Assembly (NCBI GenBank): GCA_907165135.1
Contig: OU015569.1
Span: forward strand, 8,951,889-9,015,888
Source: Oikopleura dioica
Taxonomy: Eukaryota > Animalia > Chordata
Direction of reading: 5' to 3'
Length of the DNA stretch: 64,000 bases
Shown: positions 1 to 12,585 of the stretch, in pieces
How positions within the stretch are numbered: position 1 is the first letter of the stretch
How the letters are laid out: the number at the start of each line of letters is the position of its first letter
Program-made: the position numbers and the translations under genes
The notes under the pieces: generated by a model
What the model was told of the DNA's origin: nothing
Seen by the model: only the letters and a program-made list of their open reading frames with translations
The model's database searches: none

Positions 1-1008
1 ACAGGACATTCGCCGTTGTTGACCTCGCATTGATTCTCGTCGCAGACGACAAGGCACTCACTATTGTCATCGTTCATCGTAAACCCTTCGTCACAAATAC
101 ATTCAAAGCCTGTGCAAAGATTTGAACAAGAACTGTTGTCTGGACAGATCGCAATACCCTCAGCGCATTCGTCCAGATCGCATGGAATCGCAGTAGTTAT
201 TAACTGCGTGGTAACAGTTGTTGTTTGCTCAGTTGTCATGGTTGTAGCCGTTGATGTGGTTGATGGAAAGGCTGTAACGGTGGTAGTTGTAGTGAAGTCA
301 GTAGTAAATTCTGTGTACGCATCTTTTGTCGTTGTCGTCATGGTAGTTGTTGTGCTTGTTGTTGATGTCGTTGTTGTCGTCGTCGATGTTGTGGTCGTCG
401 TCGATGTTGTGGTCGTCGTAGATGTTGTGGTCGTCGTAGATGTTGTGGTTGTTGTAGTAGTAGTGGTAGTTGTTGTTGTAGTTGTCGAAGATGCAGTTGT
501 TGTAGTCGTGGTCGTGTATTCTTCTGTAGTTGTTTCCGCCTCTGTGGTTTGAGCAGCTGAACTTGTGTACGGATCGGGTGTTGTGTATGGATCCGGGGAT
601 ACATATTTTTCTTGCGCGAGTGGGAGACATTTTCTGCCTTTCTTTTTGAAACCGGAGTGACAGTTACATGTGTATCCAATACATCTGTTTTGACAATCGG
701 CATTTGGGTCACAAGCATCTGGAGAATTACACTGATCCTCATCGCACCCGAACTGCTCCTTTAATCGCTTTCTTCTTCCTCTCGCAAGCATAAATTCTGA
801 TCCATCTGAAACAATAATCAATGGCACTACTCTTGAGACTTCTTCATAAATCTCTATCTCTTTTTTGCCTATTCTCACCATTTTCGGAACCGACAGATGA
901 ACTGTCACTATAGTAAAAATAGTCAGCACTCAAGGAATCTTCAGCGAGAGAGTTATCCTGCGCCTCGCAAAAAGCGCTTAATAAAATGGCTATCCTTTGA
1001 ATTCTCAT
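1..1008 (-). CDS. Secreted protein with EGF-like domains and a Thr-rich mucin-like repeat, partial (3' end beyond window). Exon 1 is 879..1008 (MRIQRIAILLSAFCEAQDNS..., signal-peptide-like, GTGAGA donor). Intron 806..878. Exon 2 is 1..805, open to the window edge.
   Basis: Minus-strand translation gives EQFGCDEDQCNSPDACDPNADCQNRCIGYTCNCHSGFKKKGRKC, an EGF-like 6-Cys module with an RGRRKR dibasic site. This is followed by about 80 aa of TTTTTS/TTS repeats (18-bp tandem units at 340-480), then CDLDECAEGIAICPDNSSCSNLCTGFECICDEGF (a cbEGF-like module). A TGTTTCAG acceptor lies at 806 and the phase matches exon 1. Confidence 0.7.
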
Positions 1009-1620
1009 TTTCTGACGGAAAATCGAGTTCTCGCGGACCCCTTATAGACCAGTGACCATGTCCGATTTACGATACATGACATTGCGGCGGCTTTCTATTG
1101 CCATTACGCTAATTCTGCTGCTTGCCTGGCGGAAGAATAAAGAGAGGCCCCAAATTATGAGAATTAACCGCGATGCTAATTCGCAGAAAGGAAAATGAAG
1201 TAAGTCCCATTTCATGGTTAATTGTATTACGCGATTGCATGAAACATATCAAAAGGCCCCTGCTTAATATGATTAAATCCCTGCGAGTTTATCATTCCTG
1301 TATTTATTAGGAATCTCTATTTCCGAACAAGTTTTTCGGCATTTTCCGAAAAAATCACTCGAATTGCAAGCGTGACTGGAATGGGTGTGAAAAGTTTGAC
1401 TCAAAAAATAGCAGTTTATCTGATAAACGCGCCGGGATACTTCTTCAAAGATAAAATCTTCTTTTCACAAGTGAGAGAACTTGACTGTTCCAGATTTTTA
1501 CTGACCTCCGAGAACTGAACCATTTTCAAAAACCAAAATGGTTTGATTCATATCACTAATCTATAAATATCGCTGTCACGTTTGCTAAAACTATACCACT
1601 CCAGTAACACGAGTGCGAAA

Positions 1621-2096
1621 ATGTCAAAATTTTTTATGATGGCAAAAATCGTCGAAAAAAAGAACAGGAAAGTCGGAGACTGTCCAGATAGCAAGAAGGC
1701 AAAGGACGAAACCTTGCAGAATGGTATGGATCCAGCGGCCTTTAGCGCCTTGATGAAGGAAAAAATGAATCCATCGCCGAAGTTAAAGAAAGAAGTTGAA
1801 GAGCTCGAAATGAAGCTGGAAAAAGGTAAGAGTCAGATTTTTATCCTGCGAGAAAAAAATTAAAAGCCTCTCTCTCTAAAATATCCCTTTTTAAACTTTA
1901 TTTCTAACCCTTTCAAGTGACAAAAGACGCAGATGCCCTGACTGAATCGATGATGAAGAATACGCATCGAACTTCAACCCAAAAACGTGATGACAAAGAT
2001 GACGATGACAAGCTCCAGAAACTCATCGATGAGAAAGAAATCCTAGAAAGCAAATTATTCCGGCTCACTGTCTTCAGAGCAAATATATCCATGTAA
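1621..2096 (+). CDS. Putative small Lys/Glu-rich protein. Exon 1 is 1621..1826 (MSKFFMMAKIVEKKNRKV..., GTAAGA donor). A second coding block 1918..2096 follows a TTTCAAG acceptor (KDADALTESMMKN...LFRLTVFRANISM*). The reading phase across the junction does not close.
   Basis: Open frame from an ATG, a canonical donor/acceptor pair and a 91-nt intron. The frame inconsistency may reflect an indel or a mis-chosen splice site. Confidence 0.3.
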
Positions 2097-3069
2097 AATG
2101 TTTCTTCTACCGATTCTCCTTCTTATTTCCTACTTCACGCCTCTCGCGGCATATAATCAAGCCGACTTTCTCTATCTGGATCACAATCATTACAAGACAC
2201 CACACCAATGATTACCGCTTTTCACAATAAAACTCATCCCCATCGACAGCCGTTTTAATAATGTATTATTCAATTTGAAGTGTTAATTGCCGAATTCCAG
2301 TTCTGACTAGATATCAGGACTTGGAAAGGTGAATCTGAGTTTGTCTGATTCTAGCGCTAATGATAATTGCTCGAGGAGATCAGCGATCGACCGCAGAACA
2401 GTTGATCTATCGATTATCACTCCGCTACGTTTGTTCATTCAATCGTCGTCCTAATTCTGATCCTCGTGGTGTAGCTTACGTAGCAGTAGAAGAATATCAC
2501 GTCTCCAGCGACGTGTCTCACTTTCGTTTTAGGGGCTGAAGGTGAGTGTTACGTTTTCAATGCATTAGTTCTAGTTGAATATGCTAGAACTATAATAGTT
2601 AAAATGCTTTCAGAGATATCGATGCATCGTAGATTCACTCGCAAATGTCTTTTGAATGATGTGGCATTGCTGGTCCAGAGATGAAATTTTCATCAGTATC
2701 TGGGTTGTTCTATTTCATTGAAGCAGAATTTCGATCGCGCTCTGAGCCAATGAACAGCAGCGCTCTGAGTCGTTACGTAAGCGTCTAGAGGAGAGTTTCT
2801 CAGCCACTTCAAGCCAAGATACGATCTGCTAAACTCCGAAGAGAATCATAAGCCGAAAGAGAAAACCATGGTAGCCAAGACGAAGAACAATGTCGATGCC
2901 GTTCAGGAAATTTGTTAGAGAGTCGCTTATCAATAACCTTCATGAGTAATTGTCCTCGCTTTTCCCTTTTTACTCCTCCCTTCCCTTTTAGAGACGTTCG
3001 CAGCTCTTGTTGAAAAGATTTCTAGATATCTGCAGTTCGTTTTGTCCAAACTTGTATTTTTGTTTTAAA

Positions 3070-6000
3070 ATGAGTTGGTTGGAGAGAGATGCTCGCTCTA
3101 ACAAAATAAAGGTGGTGGAGGACAATGACCGAACCTGCTGCATCTGCGCGAATGAAATCAAAATTTGGGCGATCGGCAAGTGCAAGCACCCAGGTAAAAA
3201 TGAGCACTGTCAGATCAGCATTCTAGTGTTAATCATTAGTGTGCTACATTTGCAGCTCTCGAATGCGTGTGCTCAACAAGAAAGAAACGAAGCACAAGGA
3301 TCTCTGCGCCGTTTGTAAGACCGAAATTCCTGACGTGATTTTCCACACTTCCATGTTCGAATTCGACGCTATCAATGTGAGAGAGCAAACCGCCTTCCAT
3401 GTTTTAGAAAAAGAATTTAGATCAGCTCTCTCGACAGGGATGCAGCGTCTGGCATCTGTTTCTTCAACTCGGACTCAAGAGACAAATTCGAAGATTTGCA
3501 AAAAGAAGCTTGCCATATATGCACTAAGGTTTATTATTCTATATCAAGGTTTATTATTAGAGAAATGAAGTTTGCAACAAATAAAACTGTTGTTAGGCAA
3601 AGTCGTTTGTGGCGGAAGAATTCGACGACCTCAAAATCCACATGCGCCGTAAGCACGACTTGCACCACTGTGAAATATGCAAGTCGCATTATCTTCTGTT
3701 TCCACGCGAACGAAAGTGGTATGGGCACGGCTCTAAATTTAAAATCAGCACTATAATTGAATGAAAGGAACAAACTAACAGCCGATTCAAAGACGCAAAG
3801 AGCTAGCTAGCCACAAAATTAAAGGAGATGTTGATGATAAGTCCCACAAAGGGCACCCTAATTGTCAGTTCTGCAAGGACCGCTACTTGGACAAGGAAGA
3901 GTTGTACCGACATTTAATGAAGGAGCATTACAACTGCCACATCTGCGAGTCGAAAGATGGGAAGAAAGAGTTCATGGAAAGCATGCGAGAAATGGTGAAG
4001 CATTTTCGAAAGGACCACTACCTCTGTGAGCATCCGGACTGCAAGGAGAACCCACTGACAGCTGTATTTTCCGACGAAGTTAACTTTCAAATTCACGTCT
4101 CGAATAAACACGGCGGAATCGACAAGAAAGATATTCGGATGGACATTGGTCTTTCAAGGAATGCTGTTGACATGCAGCAAGAAATAGAAGAGCAAATCCA
4201 GGAGCAGCAAAATCAAACCGCGCCTGACATGGAAAACGAAGAGGAATTTCCCACAATGGGCGGCAAGAAGAAGAACGGGTTCACTTTTCACGCCGCTAAG
4301 ACAGGCCTTCCTCAAAGCAACTCGAGTATGTCTAGCAGAATTAGCCAAGGAACGAACCGGAACGTAGCGCACCAGAACTATCGCTCGTTAGGAAACAACA
4401 AACAGATCTCGGACGCTGAGGAGTTCCCAACTCTCGGAGGCGGCAATGCCCGAGCTCCGATCAATCCCAACTGGAAAGCCAAGGCTATACAAAACAACAA
4501 ACCTATCACACGACCAAATGTGATTTCTTCTTCAAAATCGAAGAACAAATCAGCGCCTACCCCAAAAGTTACTATCCCTGTCCAAAATTCAGCCACTGCC
4601 GCTCTCTACGCTGCTTCTCAGGGTCAATCGTGGAGCCAAGAGCCTGATGTTTTCGTCGAAAAATCGCAGCTACAGCTTGAAGCAGAGCGCAAAACTCGAC
4701 TCGCTGAAGAACGCGCGACACAGCCCAAGAAAAGCGCCCCACAGCGTGACCACAGTCAATTTCCTTCTCTTGGTGGAGGTGCTCCCAAGCCAAATGCGTT
4801 CTGGGGCGTCCCAGGTGCTTCCATTCCCAAGTCTAACACTGGCAAGAAGAAGGGCAAGCAAAAAGGTAGACTCTAATCTATTGCGAATTATTTATCCAAA
4901 GAATCGTAGTTCTTCCGCGTCCAGATATTCTTCCCGGGCAGGCTCCGCTGCCAGTGTCGCATAAACCGTCACCTGCTAAATCAAAAGCGCCAACGCAGAC
5001 GCCGCCTCCTCCCCAAGCGCAACATTTCACGAAAAATCAGAAACGTGTTGAATCTGACGTCACACGTGGCGAAGCTAACTCTGCCTCCGATCTTGCTGCT
5101 CGATTTGGTGGCGGATACTCAGGTTCTTTCCTTCGCGTGAGAGCCTTTCTTCATTCGTGTTTTAGGATGGAGTGCTCCACCAGAGACTTTTCAGGAAAAG
5201 TCGCTGCTAGAGATCGAAGATGAAAGAAGACGGACACACGCTCCTAAAGTGAAAAATCAAAGGGCTCCAAAACTAGAGGAGTTTCCTACTTTAGGAGGAA
5301 GCAAACCTGCAGCACCAGCCGGCTTCTGGGGCGTCCCTGGAGCGGCTACGAAAAAAGCGCCAGGCTCCGGAAAAGGTAAAAATGCGAAGAAACAGCCCGT
5401 GCCTATGCCAGCAAAGAAAGCTGATGTTCAAAAACCCGTCAAAAAACAAATAAAAGAAACAGTTCATGAAACCCAAAAACCCAAAAAGAAGAATGCGGTT
5501 ATCTATGCAGCTCCGGAGCCTGTTCCTGAAACTCAAAATGCGTCGCAGCTTGCTCAGAGAATGACTGGTGGCTACTCGGGTTGGTCGGCGCCGCCCACAG
5601 TCTTCGTTGAGAAAAGTTTGCTCGAAATTCAAGATGAAGAGCGAAGAAACAAGCACAAACAGAATGCGCAGAATAACGGAGGGCCGAATTGGAGTCCCAA
5701 AGATGACAGGTAAGATTATTACTTAGTAAAATTAGACGATACATCAAACGAGTTACTTACTTTTTTTTAGTGCGTTTCCCTCTCTAGGCGGGGAATTCGA
5801 AGCGGCTGTTCCAACTGTAAGCGGTTTCGCAAGTATGTTGGCAAAAGAGCCAACAAAGAATGAACAGAAGAAAGTAGCTAAGGAAGAAGAACGAAAAAGT
5901 CAGCCTGATTTCGTTGTTTCAAATGAGCAAGATTTCCCCGCTTTTGAGAATAGTCAACAGATCTATGATGAATCCAGCGAGGAAGAGAGTGACTCAGAAG

Positions 6001-6343
6001 TTGATATGGCGGCGGTTAATCAGCGTCTGCGCGACGCCATCGCTCAGATGAGCGCCAAACTACAAGAGAGATTCAAGGTAAGTTAGGGAGAGAGCAAAAA
6101 TAAAATAGAGATTATTTCTTGAATTAGAATTGTCTGCTCATTCACGCGAGAATTCTCTAAATATTTTTTAAGATTTGCTCGGGCAAATTCCGTACGGGTC
6201 AAATCACGGCGGACGATTACGTGAAAGAAGGCTCATCGATTATGGGCAAGAAAGCTTTTGTGAAGTTGATTCCTGACCTGCTGGCTACTCTTCCTGATGG
6301 CAAACACAAGAAAGCCCTTGCTACTGCTCATAAAAAACTGTGA
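3070..6343 (+). CDS. ZNF598: ZNF598/Hel2-family RING-type E3 ubiquitin ligase with 8 exons. Exons are 3070..3193, 3240..3376, 3597..3715, 3793..4865, 4988..5122, 5166..5709, 5771..6077 and 6173..6343. Exon 2/3 and 3/4 joins are tentative.
   Basis: RING in exons 1-2: CCICANEIKIWAIGKCKHP|VCYICSSRMRVL matches CxxC...GxCxHPVCYRCSTKMRVL. Exons 3-4 carry C2H2-like zinc-knuckle segments: FDDLKIHMRRKHDLHHCEICKSHYLLFPRERK and SHKGHPNCQFCKDRYLDKEELYRHLMKEHYNCHICE. The C-terminus FRTGQITADDYVKEG...LIPDLLATLPDGK matches the family. Four (E/D)FP(T/S/A)(M/L/F)GG(G/S) repeats and three GGYSGWSAPP-VFVEKSLLE repeats are present. Introns are 43-122 nt with consistent phases. The ZNF598 comparison is from memory of the human sequence. 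Confidence 0.8.
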
Positions 6344-6559
6344 ACTCATCCATTCTGTAACAATTTTTCTTCCCAATAATTGAAAATTTTCATCTGTGCA
6401 ATTTTTGAAAACGAACGAGATAAAGGTTGTTCTCGTGGTCCGATTCTTCTATTTCAGGATGCCTTATTTATTGGAAAATTGCTAAATTATTTTATAATAA
6501 TTATAATTATTTAAAGAAAAGGAGTTCCCCCATCATCTCATCATTGTGACAATTTAAGA

Positions 6560-8538
6560 ATGTCGGAAAAGGACAAAATGTCGAGAATGGAGGCTCTCCT
6601 CAACAGGAGGCTTTCGGCAATCGAGTCCAAACTGGACGATCTACAGTGTGAGTGAAGTTAGAAAAAAACATATTCTTTTGATGTAGAGCGCCATTTGTTG
6701 CTAGTCAAATTGTTTGTCAACATTTTATCTAGCCACGTCAGATAGCCGCACCGCCCGACTTTCTGACAAAGTATCAAGTCTTCAAGCGACAGTCGATTAC
6801 ATGACTACTCTCATTGAACAGCTCAGCGAGAAGCCCCAGTTTCGGCAGAATGACGAGAAATTCGAGCCCGTTCAGATCGAAGCTTTTGAAGATCAGGTTT
6901 GATTCGACAAAAAGACATTTTTTTTACTTTTAGCTGCTTCCTGCCAAAGACGATGAGATCGCACACGATATGATCGAAGAGAATGCTTCATTGATTGATC
7001 CTAACCCCGAAACACGTTCGATGGATAGCACCAACTCATTCGCTATTATACCGACTGGTATGGCCACCAACGAAGCTTTGAAACGAGGAAGTCGAACGAT
7101 CTCAGAGACTTCGTCTTTTGCTGAGATCGAGGACGACATTTCAGAAAGGTGAAGCGCTCCTAATTATGCATTCTTAGTAACAAATTAGTGGTACATTGAT
7201 TGAAGATGCGGACGAAGTAGTAGAGAAAGAGGAACGCCACGCAAACGCAAGTAATGATGATCAAGTTGAGCGAAACAAAGATGTTTCTCCTCAGAATAAC
7301 GAGCCACGTGAGAACGACGAATTGCAGGTCAAAGAAAACGGCGAAGACTGCCTCTCAATTGAATATGCAAAACAGCGGGAGTCAATCAAGAAAATTCAAG
7401 ATCGAATATTCGAGGTAAATTGTATAGCAGCAACAGCTCAAAAATTAAATATTTTAAGGAATCGAAGAGCTCATTATCATCTACGTCGTCGCCAACTGTG
7501 TCGCGACAGGTGTCGGAATCAAGCTCAACTGCGTCGAGATGGTCTGAGTCAACGCGTGAACAGCACAATGCCATGGTCGAGAAACAGCTTCGGGAATTGA
7601 GAGGGGGTAATCCGTAAGATAATAAGAGTCGTACTTATGATTTTTTAGAGCTATCAGACGCGAGTATCATAGCGCATAGCGTCGGAGATGGCTTCACCCC
7701 CATGAATTCAACGAACTCCGTTCCTTCGACTCGATCTAGTCTGACTGACTCGATCAACTTAGACGTTAGAGTTGATCCATTTCTCACGAACGATAACATC
7801 ATCCCCGCTCCCGTAAGATAGGAAGCATATTTCAAAGAACTAACTCTTTTTTCCAGCCGCGTACCTCACCGTCAGCTTCTCTGAACGCTCGACAACAGGA
7901 AGAATCGAGAACACAAGATCTTGCCTCCAGAATGGCGAGTGCTGCGCCCTTCGAGCCTCGATTTCAGATTCCACTATCCGCGATGGAGACAGACCCCAAT
8001 CGCAATCAGATGGCGCTGTCACGGGCATTCGAACAAAATCACAGCTTCGCTACTGTAGTCAATCAGGCGGCAGATAGCACTTCTCATCCACGGTGAGTTT
8101 AATTAAGAAATCCAAGATAAGAATTTTTAGTCTTTCCAACGCAGAAGCCGCTGCTGCTGTTAGTGCGCTGAAGCGAGAGTTTGGAGAGGAGCATGAGCCA
8201 CTTATCGTCGCCGCGATGAAGAAGTTTAGCGGAAACGCCAACCAATGCAAAGACTTCCTAAACAGCCGCCAGTTGACTACCCAATTTCTGATTGCTAAGT
8301 TTCGACTTGAAGACTTGGACTGCCAAGTGGACTTGGAAACGCTCGCCCAACTGACGGTCACCGTAAGATTATTTTAGAGCACTAATATCTGTGTGAAAGT
8401 TACGATAAAAAATGCTGTAATTACGGCTCGTACACGAAATTGCTTCCCCAGCGGAATTGACCTTAATTTTAGTACGACAACATTTCTCAAGTGGTCAACG
8501 ACTACATCGAATTCGAATTTCAACAGCAAGCAATGTGA
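6560..8538 (+). CDS. Ser-rich protein of unknown function with a C-terminal UBA/CUE-like helical segment, 9 exons. Exons are 6560..6647, 6733..6896, 6934..7148, 7189..7414, 7459..7606, 7649..7812, 7857..8092, 8131..8362 and 8473..8538.
   Basis: All junctions are GT-AG with matching phases and introns are 37-110 nt. The N-terminus is MSEKDKMSRMEALLNRRLSAIESKLDDLQ. The C-terminal exon encodes LSNAEAAAAVSALKREFGEEHEPLIVAAMKKFSGNANQCKDFLNS. The start lies 217 bp downstream of the ZNF598 stop. Confidence 0.6.
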
Positions 8539-9904
8539 GTATTAGTGCACCTAGGGTTAAGATTGTGGTTGAGGTCAGTTAGAACTATTATTGACTAGCG
8601 AACATGTCAAATCCACATGTTGACACTCTTGTAGAAGCGATCACTTAACCCTGTCGAACATCGCTCTTGAAATTTTTCCTCCCCTAAGAAAAAAAACGGT
8701 GTGATGAGAAAATTCTTTTGAGGTTTATTGTTAGTGGATTCTAAGTTGAAACGTGCTTTTACTTGAAAGGTGAAAGTAAATAAGACGGTGTGAGCATGTT
8801 ATTTCGCGGAGCGGTCAATAATAGTGAACTGTTTGCCTTCGTTATGCGTTCGTTTTTAGACTTTTCGTACTCTAACTTTATTCTAGGGCTCCGGAAGCAC
8901 CTCGACGACGAGGTGCCGAACATGATCACCATCTTTTTGGAGTGGACCGACTCATTCAATTCGTCTCACAGAAAGCTAACGAGATCTCTTCTATCATCTC
9001 CCACTGAGAACCATCCGTGTATTATACAATCCCTCTCCCTTTCAGCACACTACCTTATCTTCTTCCTTTTCCCTCGGCCTACTGATGCACCTGCCCTCTA
9101 GTTCATACTCGACTGAAACATAATGTTAATGAACACATTCAAACTCCGTTTTTATTTTATTCGCCCGATTTTTTTCAATTTCGATTCCTTTTCTTCTAAC
9201 AGACATTCGTATTTTTTCTTCCACTATTTCAATTGAGTTATTTTCTCCTTTTACCAGTTGAAAAATCATTGACAGTTAAACAAGCATTTATCTTCGGTTT
9301 CGTTAACGACCTTCTCTTGTCGTGTACCGACCATTCATTATTTGAAAGTTTCAAATTGAAACTATTTCGTTTTCAACTCACAATTTACCATTTGTCTTCA
9401 AAATACAATAAAAAACCCATTTTCGTACGTACTCCGTGCGGCAAAATGAGAGCCAATATTCTCTAACTACGCGCGGTACTAATTACTCGGCTAATGGCAA
9501 CTTTGCACAAGCACTTCCAGAAAAAAGCATTGAATACCTAATATAAGCAAACTTAAGTGCATGCATATGAATTCGGAATTCCTCGTCAAAGTTAACCCAT
9601 TTCAAGAAGTGTTTTTCATTAAATTTCATTTAGCGAAATTCTGCCGATCAGGAGGAACCTTACATTTTTAGTGAATTAGTATCTATGAGTCAGAGTTTAC
9701 CAGGAGGTAAGGCGATCTACATAATTTACAAATGTACACTGACAGAAAATCGTGGAAATATGTTTTGTTTGTGTGTTTCAAGCTTGACGTATGTATTCGA
9801 TTGCGTTTCTTGATATTCTGCTGACTGAAATGAAGACATATGAATTTGATATAGGGTCACTGCGGCGCGAGCCGCAAACGTTTTATTTTTGGCGAACAAG
9901 ATTT

Positions 9905-10080
9905 ATGTTTGGTGAGTTTTGTTGATGCGTCTTCTATTTACAGTGAAGGTCATTTCTGCTTTTCGTGGTTTTCGTCGTCTTCTGGAGAGCGCGAATAAGT
10001 ATCTCCTCGATTTGGAAATTTTGCCTCCACTGCGGGCCGAAATGGCAGCGGTTTCCGCCGACAGCTTTGAAAATTTCTGA
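9905..10080 (+). CDS. Possible tiny gene: a 7-nt first exon ATGTTTG, GTGAGT donor, TATTTACAG acceptor, then MFVKVISAFRGFRRLLESANKYLLDLEILPPLRAEMAAVSADSFENF*.
   Basis: Perfect consensus splice signals and a 42-nt intron. No similarity recognised. Confidence 0.2.
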
Positions 10081-10873
10081 AAGCACAATAAGTTTTTGAA
10101 AGTAGTTTCCTAACCAACCTCGCTCCAACGATAGGAGCACCATCAAGAAGGAAGAATGCGGAGGTCATTTCGTGTCAGGTGTGACCTCCCTAAACTCCCC
10201 ACTTGATTTCGTCCACAGATCATCCAGTACGACAGTGATTGTTCTTTCAATCAACCAAGCGTCAATCGATCTTCGGTTTTGATTTCATCATTTTTCGATT
10301 TGTTTTTTTCATTTTTCGTCATTTTAGGTCATTTAGGATATTTATACATTACGGGTGTTATTAATGAGTTCAGGATAATTAATTTAATTCTCAAAATCAA
10401 AAGTTGAATTTACATTGCGGCATAAGCAAATGCCAAGTCGAAGTTATTTCCTGAATCGATCAACGCTTTTGAAAGCCTTTTCCGATCGATTACTCGGGGT
10501 ACGCGAAGGGGTAGAGTAATTTACGCATGAAACTATTTACAAATGTTACTGTGCTAACTACCCACCAAACTAGTCCTGCTTCTATGATAAGAACTTTTTT
10601 TCTTTTCAAAAATATTTCAGCACCGGATTAATATTGGTGAGTAGACGCGCGTAAATCTATCGTAAGTCTAGTTGCCCTCAGCAGCAGCAGCGGCGAGTTT
10701 GGCTTCACGTTCTTCCTTTCGCTTTCTCTTTAAGATAATTTTAGTTGTTTTGAAAAAGCAAGATAAATTCTTTTCCACTTCTTTGAGTTTATTTTCGCGC
10801 TTTCAGCCTGATAAGCTTCAGTTCGCTCCACTCAATGTTAGAAGTTTTGACGGTGATCGCACGTTCTCTAATT

Positions 10874-12585
10874 TCAAGTTGAACTGACCTTGAGTTTCTG
10901 TGGATTGGTTGGATAGCTTCGTCTTCGCTTTTGCATTCGGCGCATGTTCTCCTGGATCCTGTCGATGTAGTTACCTCGTTTGTCCTTGCACCAGGGGCCC
11001 TATTCGGTTAACGCAAAGTAAAACACTGCTTCTGGCTGAAGCGTCAAGTACCTTAGAAACGTAGGATCGAACCCAGTTTGACATAGCATTGTGCATTTTG
11101 TTGATTCTGAGGATGATCTCTGCTCGTTCCTTGATTTCTTCATCCAAATCACCACCACGGCTTATAGCAGCGTCTTTCATGTCTTCGATGAGGTCTGTTA
11201 GATCGTTGCATTCCTTGAAACATTATTTTCTAAATTCTTGAACAGACAACGAACCTCAGCTGTAGCTTCGTCGACGGAGTAGACATCCATGCCATCACAA
11301 TTTTCGAGGTAGAGTTCTTCCAGCATGTCAACGCTTACTGGCCCATCAACCTGAATATTAATGCTCAGAGGACGACTGAGCTCACGTCACAAACCTGCGA
11401 GAGTTCGGTATCAATAAGGTCTCGGGCAACCTGATCGACGACGCCATCATCTTCATCGAGAATGTTGTCTTCGTTTTCTTCAGCGTCGCGTCTGAAATAG
11501 GTTAATTAACGTTCTAATTTTCTTAAATTAGAATGTGCTCTCTCTCTCTTCCTCGTTTCGATAGAAATTTCTCCATGTGGAGCATTATTAGTAATATCCT
11601 CGTACGCAGCGGGATAATGGGCTTACCGATCTCTGTTCTTTCTCTTGTTATGTTTCTTCTGTCGATCACTGCAAACTCGCCGGGCCTTGATGAAGGTCCA
11701 GTACATTTTCTTCTGCTTTTTGAGACAGCGGCATTGGTAGGCCGGCCTAAACACGTTTTGTTACAACCCGGCTGACGGGAAAAAACCTACTTGTCAATGT
11801 AGAATTTGCAGACTTTGGTCAGATTGTCAACAATTTTCGTCAACCGACCGCCGCGTTCAGGATATTCCCAATCCTTTCTGATGCATTGCTTATTCGATCT
11901 TGCAAAGCGATGCAATTCGGCTGAAATAATACAAATAAGAAATAAGCCTTCAAGTGCTTCTTGACTTGATGTTTTGACTTATGTTCGTTCTCTTGGCTTT
12001 TGTTAGTGATAAAATTGTCTTGCTGTCAGCGCATTCTGCTTTATCGCTGCTCTGCGCTATACACTAGTAAACCTAAGTTAATTTAGACGGGGCCGTTCCG
12101 TCTCCAAGTTCATAATTATAGAATTAGAAATTGCGAGAGGAAAAATTCGTCGGTCCACTTATGTGATAAATGGCAGTGTGCGAGCAAGCCACGTTTTCAC
12201 GTTTCGATAAGGGCACTTGCTGAGTACCTCATCAGCTTTTATCTGTTCTTTGAATGAGGAGCGGAATTCCTCAAAATCTTGGCACGTATTTTAAATCGAG
12301 TCTTTAAAAGTGTCTGTTAGTCAATTTAACTAGCCCAGATTCAAAAATAAAAACATCCAATTTAATCGCTCGTTTTGGCTTTGTGACGATTTTTGTGTTT
12401 TCAAACAGCAAGATCGACTCATAATTTGTGGCGCACATTCGAAGCCTGCATAACTGCCCTCCTCATCCTTATTTTCACAACGCTGCTTTTGCGTAAAAAA
12501 TAAGAAGCCGGATCTCTTTCTTACCTTCAGTTCTTTTCGGATTGACTCCAATCGCACCGAGCGCCAAAAACGTGCTGAGTTTCAT
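10874..12585 (-). CDS. Small acidic protein of about 219 aa and unknown function, 6 exons. Exons (plus coordinates) are 12525..12585 (tentative, MKLSTFLALGAIGVNPKRTE), 11791..11920, 11395..11491, 11255..11350, 11052..11213 and 10874..10984.
   Basis: Minus-strand exons join in phase: ...ELHRFARSNKQCIRKDWEYPERGGRLTKIVDNLTKVCKFYIDK|RDAEENEDNILDEDDGVVDQVARDLIDTELSQ|VDGPVSVDMLEELYLENCDGMDVYSVDEATAE|ECNDLTDLIEDMKDAAISRGGDLDEEIKERAEIILRINKMHNAMSNWVRSYVSK|DKRGNYIDRIQENMRRMQKRRRSYPTNPQKLKVSST*. Introns are 41-44 nt plus one long first intron. Confidence 0.5.

Noticed and set aside
64-552. 162-aa plus-strand ORF full of poly-Val (VVVVVDVVVV...).
   Set aside because: It is the antisense reading of the Thr-rich (ACN) repeat of the minus-strand EGF/mucin gene. 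It has no start context, and the sense frame links two EGF modules.
3377-3596. Long open frame continuing from ZNF598 exon 2 through 3528 (..ICKKKLAIYALR).
   Set aside because: GTGAGA at 3377 and TTGTTAG at 3596 give a phase-perfect intron. Reading through instead cannot be joined in frame to the conserved FDDLKIHMRRKH exon. Exonisation or an alternative isoform is not excluded.
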